The notes beneath the pieces were generated by a model that saw only the letters and a program-made list of their open reading frames with translations, was not told the origin of the DNA and searched no databases. A stretch of 64,000 nt of DNA from Promethearchaeota archaeon (lineage in GTDB: Archaea > Asgardarchaeota > Lokiarchaeia > Sigyniarchaeales > SOKP01), in assembly GCA_018238625.1 (NCBI GenBank), contig JABCSY010000004.1, forward strand, positions 22,868 to 86,867, in the 5' to 3' direction. A program made the position numbers and the translations under genes. Of this stretch, positions 1-9,809 are shown one piece after another. The stretch's first letter is position 1, and the number at the start of each line of letters is the position of its first letter.

Positions 1-1
1 A

Positions 2-688
2 TTAGAAACTATAGAATCTATTCGAAATAATAACACTGTGAGATGTTTAATAATAACTGGCTCCGGAAAGGCTTTTTCGGCCGGTGGAGACATAAAACAA
101 TTTAAGGCGAGTATTGAAAATGGCACATCAGGTCAAGTTATGGACGATTTAACGAAAGACCTTTATAAAATTGCGTTAATTTTGCGTCTTTATCCAAAAC
201 CTGTTATCGCGTCTGTGAATGGCTGGGCAGTAGGAGCTGGAATGAACCTCGCTCTCTCGTGTGATATCATAATTGCCTCAGAAAAAGCGAGGTTTAGGCA
301 ATCTTTTTCCAAACTCGCTCTAATTCCTGGATTCGCTGGAACTATTTTGTTAAGTCGTCAGCTCACGTGGCAACAAGCGACACAAATGGCGTTTTTCGGA
401 GACACTTATACAGCTAAAGAGATGAAAAAACTTGGTTTTGTTAACGAAATCGTTCCTCATGAAGATTTAGAAAAGATTTCTTTACAATGGGCTGAGAGAC
501 TCGCCAAGGGACCAACATTAACATATGCAAGGACAAAAAAATTATTCTTTGATGCTCTTAGCACGCCCTTAGAGGAACACCTTGAAAAAGAACGACAAAT
601 ACAGATAAAATCGGCTGAATCTGAAGATTATAAAATTGGTGTATTTGCACTAAACGACAAAAAGGAACCTAAATTTATTGGAAATTAA
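2..688 (+). CDS. Enoyl-CoA hydratase/isomerase (crotonase family), 5'-truncated by window edge
   Basis: Motifs AFSAGGD, PVIASVNGWAVGAG and LALSCD, with C-terminal K.EPKF.G. The frame is open from base 2 to the GTG at 38, so the true start lies outside the window. Confidence 0.92.
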   Translation, partial: LETIESIRNNNTVRCLIITGSGKAFSAGGDIKQFKASIENGTSGQVMDDLTKDLYKIALILRLYPKPVIASVNGWAVGAGMNLALSCDIIIASEKARFRQSFSKLALIPGFAGTILLSRQLTWQQATQMAFFGDTYTAKEMKKLGFVNEIVPHEDLEKISLQWAERLAKGPTLTYARTKKLFFDALSTPLEEHLEKERQIQIKSAESEDYKIGVFALNDKKEPKFIGN

Positions 689-769
689 TATATTCGTGTA
701 AAGTAATTTCTATAAATCTTAAATCCTTTTTAGAATATTATATATTATTTTAATAACGCGTAATTTAAA

Positions 770-1597
770 GTGATTCTTTCGATGAGTAAGGGATTTAGAC
801 TTCTAAGGGTTGAATATATTTTTGCTGTGCTCATTCCTTGTTTATTGAGCATATATTTAAACGATTACGATGTTTATCCTCACATTTGGATATTAGCTGG
901 ATTTGTGTTTTATGCCATTACGGGAAATACACTTAATGATGTAATCGATATGAAAGATCCAAACGAAAAGGAAACGCTAGAAAGAGTACAGGGTTATAGC
1001 CGAAAAGAAATATTCACAATTTCTCTAGCAAGTTTTTTATTAGGGACCGTATGTTTCATGAAAAGTATCGTAGAAAAACCCCTCTTAGGCGTTTATTTAG
1101 CTATTATCGTTATTTCCGTAATTCTATACTGTCTATTTAAATCGCAGGTTATTATTAACCATATTATTTTAGGAATATCGCACATTTTTTTACCTTATTT
1201 TATAATAAAAATCAACGCTGGCGATATTTCTATGAATTTCTTTCCTGGTCTAACTTTATTTGAGTTATTAATATTACTTTCTATAACCTCTGTGGCATTT
1301 TCCGGTCAAATGCTTCACGAAATGATTGATGGAGATTCGTTATCAAAATTATCTCCAAAAGCGTCTCGCTTAATAATATGGATTGCCTCTGTGATATCAC
1401 TGATAATCGCTATATTTTCTCTTATTATCACTCAGTTAATCATATTTTTGCCAATCTTTTTCTTTCCTTTTGGAATTATGTATATTTTTAGGAAACCTAG
1501 AAGTGATTTAGCAGGAAGAAGTTCGTTAAAAGATGTGGGGATCATATTAGGAAATCTAATATTCGCTTATATCATAATTTTAATTATTGCACCTTAA
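770..1597 (+). CDS. UbiA-family prenyltransferase-like membrane protein
   Basis: Multi-TM protein with Asp-rich motifs NDVIDMKD and HEMIDGD. Confidence 0.7.
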   Translation: MILSMSKGFRLLRVEYIFAVLIPCLLSIYLNDYDVYPHIWILAGFVFYAITGNTLNDVIDMKDPNEKETLERVQGYSRKEIFTISLASFLLGTVCFMKSIVEKPLLGVYLAIIVISVILYCLFKSQVIINHIILGISHIFLPYFIIKINAGDISMNFFPGLTLFELLILLSITSVAFSGQMLHEMIDGDSLSKLSPKASRLIIWIASVISLIIAIFSLIITQLIIFLPIFFFPFGIMYIFRKPRSDLAGRSSLKDVGIILGNLIFAYIIILIIAP

Positions 1598-1687
1598 AAA
1601 ATCATTCTTAATAACGAATTTAAAAGATTATAACTTTTTATCTAATCAAATCAAGAAGAAATAAAGAATAAAAAAAATGAGTTTGAA

Positions 1688-2956
1688 ATGACTAAAATTG
1701 AACCTGTTGATAAAGATTTTTTTTCTCCGTTTAACGAAGAAGCTTGCACTCTTTGTGGAGAATGTTTTCATAATTGTCCCGTAATGGGCCTTTCTATTGA
1801 AGAATCCATTGAAGAAATGAAAAAATTAATCGCTGGGAATGAAACAAAACGAGTGTTAAAAGAATGTCAGAGTTGTCATTCATGTAATTTTTATTGTCCT
1901 GAAAATGCTCATCCAGCAGAGTTGATTTTGCAGAGATGGAACGAAAAGTACAAAAGAGAGGGGTTAAAAATCCGTGGGAAGCATTATATGACGCTTTATC
2001 CTCACTACCCTAACTTCCGATCTTACGTTATGGACCACATGCCTAAAAAAACGCAAGAACTTGTTAAATCATGGGCAGATTTATCTCCTTTAAAAGGTGA
2101 CACGCTTACTTATCCAGGATGTAACATAATTACCTATGCCGAGTTAACGCAAGCAAGCTTTTTTAAGGATCTAGATATTAGGGGTAGGCTTGAATATTGT
2201 TGTGGAGAAACATTATTTCGAACGGGATACGAAGACGAGTTATTTCAAGTTACTAAGAGGTTAGATAAATGGTTTAATATATTAAAACCAAAAAATTTGC
2301 TAGTTTTGTGCACAGCAGGAACTAATGTTTTCAAAAATGTATTACCTCGTTATGGATTAACCTATAAATTTGATTCTGTTAAATCTTATATCCAATATTT
2401 ATGGGAAAAAATTGAGAATGGTAAAATTCAAATTACAAATAAATTAGATATGACGGTTTCGATTCAAGATTCTTGTTATTCAAAAATGTTTGGAGATGAC
2501 TACATGGATTTACCTCGAAAAATTTTAGAAGCAATTGGGGTAAAAGTAATTGAAATTGAAGCATGTCGCGAAAATATGAGGTGTTGTGGAATTGGAGGCG
2601 GATTTTCTGTGGATTCAGCGTATCACACAATGAAATTAAGATCAGCAACAATGAGAAACATAAAAGAATTTAACAAAGCGAAAGTAGACGCTGTTTGCGT
2701 TTATTGCGCTGGGTGTTTAGCTACTTACAGCACCGCCAAAAAATTATATCTCGGGAAATTTAAAGTGTACCACATTATCGAACTGCTCCAGATGGCCATG
2801 GGAGAAAAACCTATGTCCAATAAAGAGAAAAAAAAAAGGGCTAAACATTTCTTTTGGGGCATAATGAAAAAACAACTCCCGAAATTACCCTCAAAAAAAA
2901 CATTTAAAATAGCAGATCTCCCAGAAGATCCACCACCGTATAGCGAGGCGTATTAA
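1688..2956 (+). CDS. Fe-S oxidoreductase, HdrD/GlpC-like (4Fe-4S dicluster + CCG domains)
   Basis: Two CxxCxxCxxxCP motifs, CCG motifs (YCCGE, RCCGIGGG) and YCAGC. Confidence 0.88.
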   Translation: MTKIEPVDKDFFSPFNEEACTLCGECFHNCPVMGLSIEESIEEMKKLIAGNETKRVLKECQSCHSCNFYCPENAHPAELILQRWNEKYKREGLKIRGKHYMTLYPHYPNFRSYVMDHMPKKTQELVKSWADLSPLKGDTLTYPGCNIITYAELTQASFFKDLDIRGRLEYCCGETLFRTGYEDELFQVTKRLDKWFNILKPKNLLVLCTAGTNVFKNVLPRYGLTYKFDSVKSYIQYLWEKIENGKIQITNKLDMTVSIQDSCYSKMFGDDYMDLPRKILEAIGVKVIEIEACRENMRCCGIGGGFSVDSAYHTMKLRSATMRNIKEFNKAKVDAVCVYCAGCLATYSTAKKLYLGKFKVYHIIELLQMAMGEKPMSNKEKKKRAKHFFWGIMKKQLPKLPSKKTFKIADLPEDPPPYSEAY

Positions 2957-2958
2957 AA

Positions 2959-4317
2959 ATGGTGGAAAATAAAAGAACTCCTGCTTTCAGAGAAGATTTA
3001 TGTGATTTGTGTGGACTTTGTTTTCATCTATGTCCCGTTTTACAATTACCTTTGGATGAAGCAAAAGAAGAGATTCAAAATTTAGTCAAAGGTCGAAAGT
3101 CAAAATATGTACTTGAAAAATGTAATACTTGTTTATCTTGCAATCTATACTGCCCTCAAAATGCTAACCCATATCAATTGATACTCGAGAGATGGAACGA
3201 TTCGTATAAAGAGAGAGGCGCGCCTCCTCTTTACTATTTTGTTTGTCCTACTGAAGATCGTAACATTTGGCAACTTCTAAATTTGTTTTTATCTAATCGA
3301 GAAAGAAGATGGATATATAAGTGGATGCATTACGTTCCTAAGAGCGAGGATACTGTTTTGTTAATTGGAAACTATACACATATATTCCCATTTATTATTG
3401 GAGGTAGTAAATTGCTTAATTACTTCAAGCCTATCGATCGGATCGACCAATGGGAAGGAGGTGCCTACTTATACCAAGGAGGATACTTAGATATTGTAAA
3501 AAAGATAGCTGAGAGGACAAAAAGAGATTTTGATAGTTGGGGCGTCAAAAATGTTGTTGCTACTTTAGATGCTGTTGAGTATTTCTTCAAGGAAGTCCAT
3601 CCGAAGGAAATGGGGGTGAAACACGATCAGAATTTTATAAATTTTCATCGCTGGTTATTAGATAATATTAGCTCCGGAGAAATCAATCTTCAAAACCAAC
3701 TTAATCTAACGGTTACCGTTCACGATAACTGCTTTTCTAAAGCACTAGGAGGATATTGGGAGGAACCAAGAACAATATTGGAGAAATGCGGTTGTAAAAT
3801 ACTTGAGATGAAACACATTAAAAAAGATTCGTTGTGTTGCGGGTTTGGAGCTGGGGCATCGTGGGTTAAGAATATTTCTCTACCTTTTGATATGATCTCT
3901 GAAGGAGTAAAAAAATTTAAGGAAGCAGAAGATACTGGCGCAAAAGCTCTAATATCTTACTGTGGAGGATGTATTTATTTAATGTGGGCTACTAAGGAGT
4001 TGTTGAGAAGTAAAATAGATTTATATCATATCATTGAAATTGTCAGAATGGCAATGGGCGAAGAATTAGATTATCCTAAGGATAACATTAAACGAGCGTG
4101 GGATGTCATTGCGATTATAACTTACTCTTTGCTACTATCGTCTTTTAAGAAAAACTTTTACATAAAAAGTATTACCTACGACAAAGATTTTAGCACATAT
4201 AAACCGAAGAAGTATTTACTATTAAGGTCGATAAGGTATCTATTTGATTTTAAGTTAATTAGAATCCTTTACGCTAAAATGTTTAGGTTAATGATGCCTA
4301 TTATGAAGACACGATAG
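2959..4317 (+). CDS. Fe-S oxidoreductase, HdrD/GlpC-like (paralog of upstream gene)
   Basis: Two CxxCxxCxxxCP motifs, HDNC, LCCGFGAG and YCGGC. Starts 2 nt after the previous stop. Confidence 0.88.
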   Translation: MVENKRTPAFREDLCDLCGLCFHLCPVLQLPLDEAKEEIQNLVKGRKSKYVLEKCNTCLSCNLYCPQNANPYQLILERWNDSYKERGAPPLYYFVCPTEDRNIWQLLNLFLSNRERRWIYKWMHYVPKSEDTVLLIGNYTHIFPFIIGGSKLLNYFKPIDRIDQWEGGAYLYQGGYLDIVKKIAERTKRDFDSWGVKNVVATLDAVEYFFKEVHPKEMGVKHDQNFINFHRWLLDNISSGEINLQNQLNLTVTVHDNCFSKALGGYWEEPRTILEKCGCKILEMKHIKKDSLCCGFGAGASWVKNISLPFDMISEGVKKFKEAEDTGAKALISYCGGCIYLMWATKELLRSKIDLYHIIEIVRMAMGEELDYPKDNIKRAWDVIAIITYSLLLSSFKKNFYIKSITYDKDFSTYKPKKYLLLRSIRYLFDFKLIRILYAKMFRLMMPIMKTR

Positions 4318-4604
4318 AAAAAACAAACCTTTAGTAGTATAAAAGCTATATTCATATTTCAATTCATTATCCTAAACCAAATGAGGCTTAGGATTTTGAA
4401 AAAATTTCTTTATAAAGGTTTTTTATTGAAATTCTGGATAGAGATACTATTTATATAGGATTTTTTTTATATTTAAATTACCAAAGTCCGAAAATCGGTA
4501 ATTTTAGTTGTTTAGCTAAAATTGTGCCTTAAAACATAATTCTAAAGAAATCTAATAATTAATTAAAAAATTACATTTAATCGCGTAAAAAGGAGGGGAA
4601 AATT

Positions 4605-5837
4605 ATATCTGATTCTATTTCTAAAAAAAAAATTGAATATATCCAGCAAAATGACGAATTTGATTATTTAAAAAGCTTAATTAACTCTCTTGAAAAGGGT
4701 AATTGCGCTGGAATTTTACTACAAGGTCCACCGGGTACAGGAAAAACTTTATTGGCGATCTCGCTTGCTAAGGCGTATAAAGCCTCTTACTATATTATTG
4801 ATGGGTCGCCTGACCTTGATAGAAGAGACATCGAAGGTAATTGGGAGCTTTTAAAGGGCGAAACTAAATTTAATTACGGTCCTCTTACTTTAGCCATTAA
4901 GGATGCAAATAATGAGGGAATAGCTTTTATTATTATTAATGAAATTAACGCTATTCGCGAAAATGAACAAATATCGCTAAATTCTCTTTTATCCGAAAAT
5001 CATATCAACTTAATTTCAAAGGGTTTTGAAAAACACGAATTAAATTCTGAAAGTAAATTAATCATTATAGGAACTATGAATAAAGGGGTTATTGGTATTA
5101 ATAAATTACAAGAAGCTTTTGAGGATCGCTTTATCATAACCCCTGAAATATCTTATCCTTTAAAAAACAAAGAAATTGACATTGCGAGCCAAATCTCGGG
5201 ATGTAAGAAAAAGATTGCTGAGATTGTTGTAGATGCTGCTCGCCAAATTAGGAAACAGGCGATCCAAGATTATTCTATAACAAAAATATTTTCAACTCGC
5301 TTAGTAGTAAATTTCTGTATGTTAATTTCTCTGATGCCCCCTAAATACTTAAAACACAACATCGAAAATGTAATCATCAATAAACTCGGAACTACTACTG
5401 AAGAGAAGAAAAGCATCGCCATGATTCTTGATGGAAAGATGTTCGAAACCAAGTTAAAGGAAGAATTAATAGATAAAAAGACAACGTTAATGAGCCGGGA
5501 ATGTAAGTTAGATAAAGATTCACTCGACCAACTACTTACTAACACTAAAGTATGTTTTACTGATTATATTAGTAAATATGGCCGATCAAATGCGTTTAGA
5601 CAAAACGGAAATATAATGTGGAAATTGATTCAATGGATGTGGTTAAATAAAAGGGAAACTTTACAAAATTATTTTCAACTGACAGAGGTTCTAAGCTTAC
5701 CTACGCAATACAAACAGCAAACAGGAAAAGAATACATTTACAATGGAAATATAACCTTAAATTATATAAAGTGGATATACCAGAAAAAACCCGAAGAATT
5801 AAAGAATTTTATGAAGAAATTGTATCCTGTTTTATAA
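4605..5837 (+). CDS. MoxR/CbbQ/NorQ-type AAA+ ATPase
   Basis: Walker A GPPGTGKT (4725-4748) lies in frame upstream of the track's TTG start (4752). Walker B-like IIINEIN, sensor GTMN, arginine finger AFEDRF and STR motif. Start proposed at ATA 4605, after AGGAGG at 4591-4596. Confidence 0.85.
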   Translation: MSDSISKKKIEYIQQNDEFDYLKSLINSLEKGNCAGILLQGPPGTGKTLLAISLAKAYKASYYIIDGSPDLDRRDIEGNWELLKGETKFNYGPLTLAIKDANNEGIAFIIINEINAIRENEQISLNSLLSENHINLISKGFEKHELNSESKLIIIGTMNKGVIGINKLQEAFEDRFIITPEISYPLKNKEIDIASQISGCKKKIAEIVVDAARQIRKQAIQDYSITKIFSTRLVVNFCMLISLMPPKYLKHNIENVIINKLGTTTEEKKSIAMILDGKMFETKLKEELIDKKTTLMSRECKLDKDSLDQLLTNTKVCFTDYISKYGRSNAFRQNGNIMWKLIQWMWLNKRETLQNYFQLTEVLSLPTQYKQQTGKEYIYNGNITLNYIKWIYQKKPEELKNFMKKLYPVL

Positions 5838-5887
5838 CATATAATATATGTACATTAGCAAAAATCAGATTGAAAAGCTGTGAAATC

Positions 5888-7945
5888 GTGTTAACTGAAT
5901 TAATAGACCTGTTTGAAAGGGATTTTACTTCCGATGTATTAGCTTTAACCAATATTGGGAAACGAATTAGTGGAAACAAGGATATAATGATTCAGTATAT
6001 AGGCAATATCCCTGCGGTTTATACTGATTGCAAATTTATATATTTACCTAACAAATTTAAGGAGGATATAAAAGCGGCTCAAGGGCTTGTTGCTCACGAA
6101 AGCGGTCATATAGGATACGGTTCATTTGAACTAGGATTGATAAAATTGATTGATGTTCTTGCTAAAAAATACAAATTACCACCGCTCTTTATTAAAAACT
6201 TAATTAACGTCGTTGAAGATGTAAGAATTAATGGTATTAATGATAAAAAATTTCCTGGATTTTATAGAAATTTGAGGGAGTTAACAATTAAGATGTTACC
6301 ACGAATTAAATCATCGATTAAATCGAACAATGATATACTCTTATATATCAACTTGTATATGGAAGAATTCGAAGAGTTCCAAAAAAAACCATCTTTAGGA
6401 ATGTTTAATCTAAGTGAAAAAGATTGGAAAGGGGTTTTGAAGGTTAAAAAATTTCTTTTAAAGTCGTTAAGCCCTAGCGCTTCTATTATTTCGTGTGATG
6501 TGTTATGTAACATTCTCAAAAAGTATTTCCCTGAAGAAAAATCGAGTTCGACACAAAAGAAAGGTAATCCCAATCCTAATATGAAACCTAATCCTAATAT
6601 GAACCCCCATCCTCATATGAATACTATCAACCATATGGAAATAAATGCTCGAAATAAAAAAAAAAAAGAAAAAACGGATTTAGATAAAATAAGCGAAAAG
6701 CTCATAGAAAAACTAAAAGATACTAAGATAAATCCCGAGGATTTAGACGATTTAGAGGACCCTGCTGAAAAGTTAAATCCTAAAGCGAATAAAAGCCGTA
6801 AAGAAAAAGATAGGGGACAGAAAAAAAGTAAAAGCAAAAAGAAAGGAAACGGAGAAATAGATAAAGAATCTGATAAAAATAATCAAAGTAAAGATGTAAA
6901 GGAATCTGATAAACAGTTTAAAAATAGTTCTCAAGATGATGAACTTGATGATCTCATCAAGAAAAAATTTAATTTGGATGATTTAAAAAAAGATTTAAAA
7001 CCAAAGAAAGAAGGTCATACCCCCATTAACAATGAAAGAAAAAAAGATAACTTTTTAGCAGAAATTAGAAACCTTGTTAAGAACGCGGATGACGCTATGA
7101 AAGAACGACTATTGATTTTAGGGGGAGGTAAATATTTTATCAGTTCAAGTAAGTGTGAACGTGAAAGAAAAGTAATCAATGTTAAAATTGAAAGTCAGAA
7201 AATGTGTCCTGACACTATGACTTATGTCCAGATTAAGTCTAATTATCAGGGGATAATCAAAAAAATGAAGTTAATTTTTGCTGACTTGAAAAATAAAGCT
7301 GCAGTTGACACGTTTCAAAAGAAAGGGAGGCTAAATAACAAATTTGTAAAGGCAGTTACCAGCGATTATCAATTTAAACAATGCTTTACAAGAAAAATTA
7401 CAAAGAAAGAATTGAGGTTGCTACTAATAGTAGATATTAGTGGAAGCATGAAAGGCGTTAAAATTCGAGCAGCAAAAATAGCCATGGTAATGTTATATGA
7501 AGCGCTTGAAGATTTGGCGAAAATTAGAATAGTTTTATTTACAGGGGGATATGACGCTTTAAATATTTTGGTGAAGGATTTTAACGAACCACTTAAATTA
7601 AGATATTTTGATAAATTTGGTTGTCACTCTACTTCTCGTCAAAATTTAGATGGAATTTCAATAAAACACGAGTCTGAAAAACTGGAAAGGAACGATCTCA
7701 TAATAGTCGTATCAGATGGGCAACCCTCGGCAGACGGGGGGTATAGCTTGTTTGATGCGATACCCGATATTCACGACGTTAGAAAACGCTTCAAAATGTT
7801 TGCGTTTTCTATAGATTCTCAAGGTGAATACTTGAACAAAATGTATGGTAAAGATTGGATACTAACAAGTTCTCGAAACGAGTTAGAGTTAGGAAACAAA
7901 ATGCTGAAATTTTGCCAAATAATCGTAAAAGAGTTTTATAGATAA
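5888..7945 (+). CDS. vWA-domain partner of the AAA+ ATPase (CobT/NorD-like) with N-terminal HExxH region
   Basis: MIDAS DISGSM and later VSDGQP, N-terminal AHESGH and NVVEDVRI, central charged low-complexity linker. Start placed at in-frame GTG 5888 to avoid overlap (track gives 5771). Confidence 0.85.
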   Translation: MLTELIDLFERDFTSDVLALTNIGKRISGNKDIMIQYIGNIPAVYTDCKFIYLPNKFKEDIKAAQGLVAHESGHIGYGSFELGLIKLIDVLAKKYKLPPLFIKNLINVVEDVRINGINDKKFPGFYRNLRELTIKMLPRIKSSIKSNNDILLYINLYMEEFEEFQKKPSLGMFNLSEKDWKGVLKVKKFLLKSLSPSASIISCDVLCNILKKYFPEEKSSSTQKKGNPNPNMKPNPNMNPHPHMNTINHMEINARNKKKKEKTDLDKISEKLIEKLKDTKINPEDLDDLEDPAEKLNPKANKSRKEKDRGQKKSKSKKKGNGEIDKESDKNNQSKDVKESDKQFKNSSQDDELDDLIKKKFNLDDLKKDLKPKKEGHTPINNERKKDNFLAEIRNLVKNADDAMKERLLILGGGKYFISSSKCERERKVINVKIESQKMCPDTMTYVQIKSNYQGIIKKMKLIFADLKNKAAVDTFQKKGRLNNKFVKAVTSDYQFKQCFTRKITKKELRLLLIVDISGSMKGVKIRAAKIAMVMLYEALEDLAKIRIVLFTGGYDALNILVKDFNEPLKLRYFDKFGCHSTSRQNLDGISIKHESEKLERNDLIIVVSDGQPSADGGYSLFDAIPDIHDVRKRFKMFAFSIDSQGEYLNKMYGKDWILTSSRNELELGNKMLKFCQIIVKEFYR
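6566..6619 (+). repeat. Three imperfect 18-bp coding repeats (NPNPNM/KPNPNM/NPHPHM)
   Basis: Direct reading of the vWA protein linker. Confidence 0.7.
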
Positions 7946-7972
7946 AGTTAAATTAATAATTTATTTCATAAC

Positions 7973-8734
7973 TTATAAATACTTTTTCAACCACTTTACC
8001 GTAGGATTTATAAATTCTATCAGAAATTTTGCATCAAAATCATGGGTTGCGTTTTGTATTTCTACAAGTTTATGATTCTCATCTTTCGGTAACATTTGGA
8101 ATGCTTTTCTTGTAAGTTCTAGGGGAACTGCTTCGTCCGAGGTGCCTTGTACTATAAGAGTAGGAGGAACTAGTTTCTTTAAAGAAGGTTTTATCCGAAA
8201 TTGTGCAAAATTTGTCATAAAACTAAGATCAATAACGATAGGCTCACCATCTCCCGATGATGGAATTTTTACAGGTCCTTTGTTTAAATCCTTAAACCAA
8301 TCAGTTTGATCTTCTGATGAATGGACAAAGAAGTACGGTGCCCAAAATATATAAGTAATAATACCGGATAAATTTGCTTTTAAAACAGTAGGACCACCAT
8401 ATGAAAGACCCAATACAGCAATTCTTGAATATCCTTGATTCTGTACCCAACTATAAACATTTTCGAGATCAGTAGCTTGTTTAGATAATGTAATTGGTTC
8501 TCTTTTATTTTCACCAGAGCCCGAGAAATCAAATATAAGTACATCGTAACCCTCTTTATTTAACGCTTTAGCGGTCTCAGGAAAGCGTCCCAACTCATAT
8601 TTATCACCTGTAAATCCATGACACATTATAAGAATGGGGGGTTTTGCAGAGTTATTTTCTTCTGATGTTATGAATAATACTCCGTGAAGCTCATTCCCAT
8701 TCGTACTGGGGATTAGTACTTTTCTCTCTTCCAT
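7973..8734 (-). CDS. Alpha/beta hydrolase
   Basis: HGFTG, FDFSGSGE, nucleophile elbow GLSYGG, QGTSD and catalytic His (ATHDF). Confidence 0.9.
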   Translation of the reverse strand: MEERKVLIPSTNGNELHGVLFITSEENNSAKPPILIMCHGFTGDKYELGRFPETAKALNKEGYDVLIFDFSGSGENKREPITLSKQATDLENVYSWVQNQGYSRIAVLGLSYGGPTVLKANLSGIITYIFWAPYFFVHSSEDQTDWFKDLNKGPVKIPSSGDGEPIVIDLSFMTNFAQFRIKPSLKKLVPPTLIVQGTSDEAVPLELTRKAFQMLPKDENHKLVEIQNATHDFDAKFLIEFINPTVKWLKKYL

Positions 8735-8885
8735 AGAAATTACCTAATACATGAAAAATGTATAACAAACGTAATGATTTTAAAGTAGAATCATTTTTAA
8801 AATTAATTTTTAAATGAATATTTCTAAGCAAAAAATCTTAAATAAAACTGATCCCTTGTTAAAATAATTATTAAATAAGATTAAT

Positions 8886-9731
8886 GTGGAAATTATGACT
8901 GAAGAATATGCTGATTTAAATGGAGTTAAAATTTGTTATGAAATTTACGGAGAGGGATATCCGTTATTTTTTATTCATGGATTTGGAGCGAAAAAGGAAT
9001 CTTGGATAGCTCAAGTACCTGAGTTATCTAAACATTTTAAAGTCATCCGACTTGACAATCGCGGGGCGGGAAAATCAGATAGACCCGAAACAGAATACAC
9101 CATGGAAATATTTGCTGATGATATTAAAAACCTTATGGACCATCTTGGAATTGAAAAAGCAAATGTGTGCGGGTGGTCACTTGGAGGGATGATAGTTCAG
9201 AATTTTGTTTTAAAATACCCTAATAGAGTAAACAAAGTAATTTTAATTAATACTAATTTCGGTTTCCCTGATGCCTCAGGACCAGAAGTCTATAAAAATA
9301 TGCGTCTTAGCGAGTTAGAGGCGAAAAAGGTGGATCCCGCCAAAGCATGGTGGTCTGGAACCCGTTCAAGTTTCTATATAAAATTTAGGAAACAGATGGA
9401 AGCGAACCCTTCAAAAAAGTGGTATGGCGTATGGTCCGCAGAAGATTTAATAAAGGAGAGTGCAATTAACCCACCTACAGCTAAAGACATTAATATGCAA
9501 GCTGGAGCATTAAAAACCCACAACACATTCGATAGATTGGATACCATAAAAAATCCAACGCTATTACTTACTGCTTCTCACGATAAGTTAACTCCAAAAG
9601 CATCAATGGAACAGATTCATAAAAAAATACCTAATAGTACTCTTGTAATTATTGACAAAGCTGGTCATAGCAGCCCTCTTGAAAAAACTCCAGAAGTTAA
9701 CCAAAATATTATTGAATTTTTAAAATCATAA
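8886..9731 (+). CDS. Alpha/beta hydrolase (Abhydrolase_1)
   Basis: IHGFG, DNRGAGKSD, GWSLGG and AGH. Confidence 0.92.
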   Translation: MEIMTEEYADLNGVKICYEIYGEGYPLFFIHGFGAKKESWIAQVPELSKHFKVIRLDNRGAGKSDRPETEYTMEIFADDIKNLMDHLGIEKANVCGWSLGGMIVQNFVLKYPNRVNKVILINTNFGFPDASGPEVYKNMRLSELEAKKVDPAKAWWSGTRSSFYIKFRKQMEANPSKKWYGVWSAEDLIKESAINPPTAKDINMQAGALKTHNTFDRLDTIKNPTLLLTASHDKLTPKASMEQIHKKIPNSTLVIIDKAGHSSPLEKTPEVNQNIIEFLKS

Positions 9732-9809
9732 TTTTTCCTTTTTTTAGATTTATTTTTTTCCAATTTTTTAAGAAAATTAGATTAAAACATCTCGAACGCA
9801 TTAAAGCTA

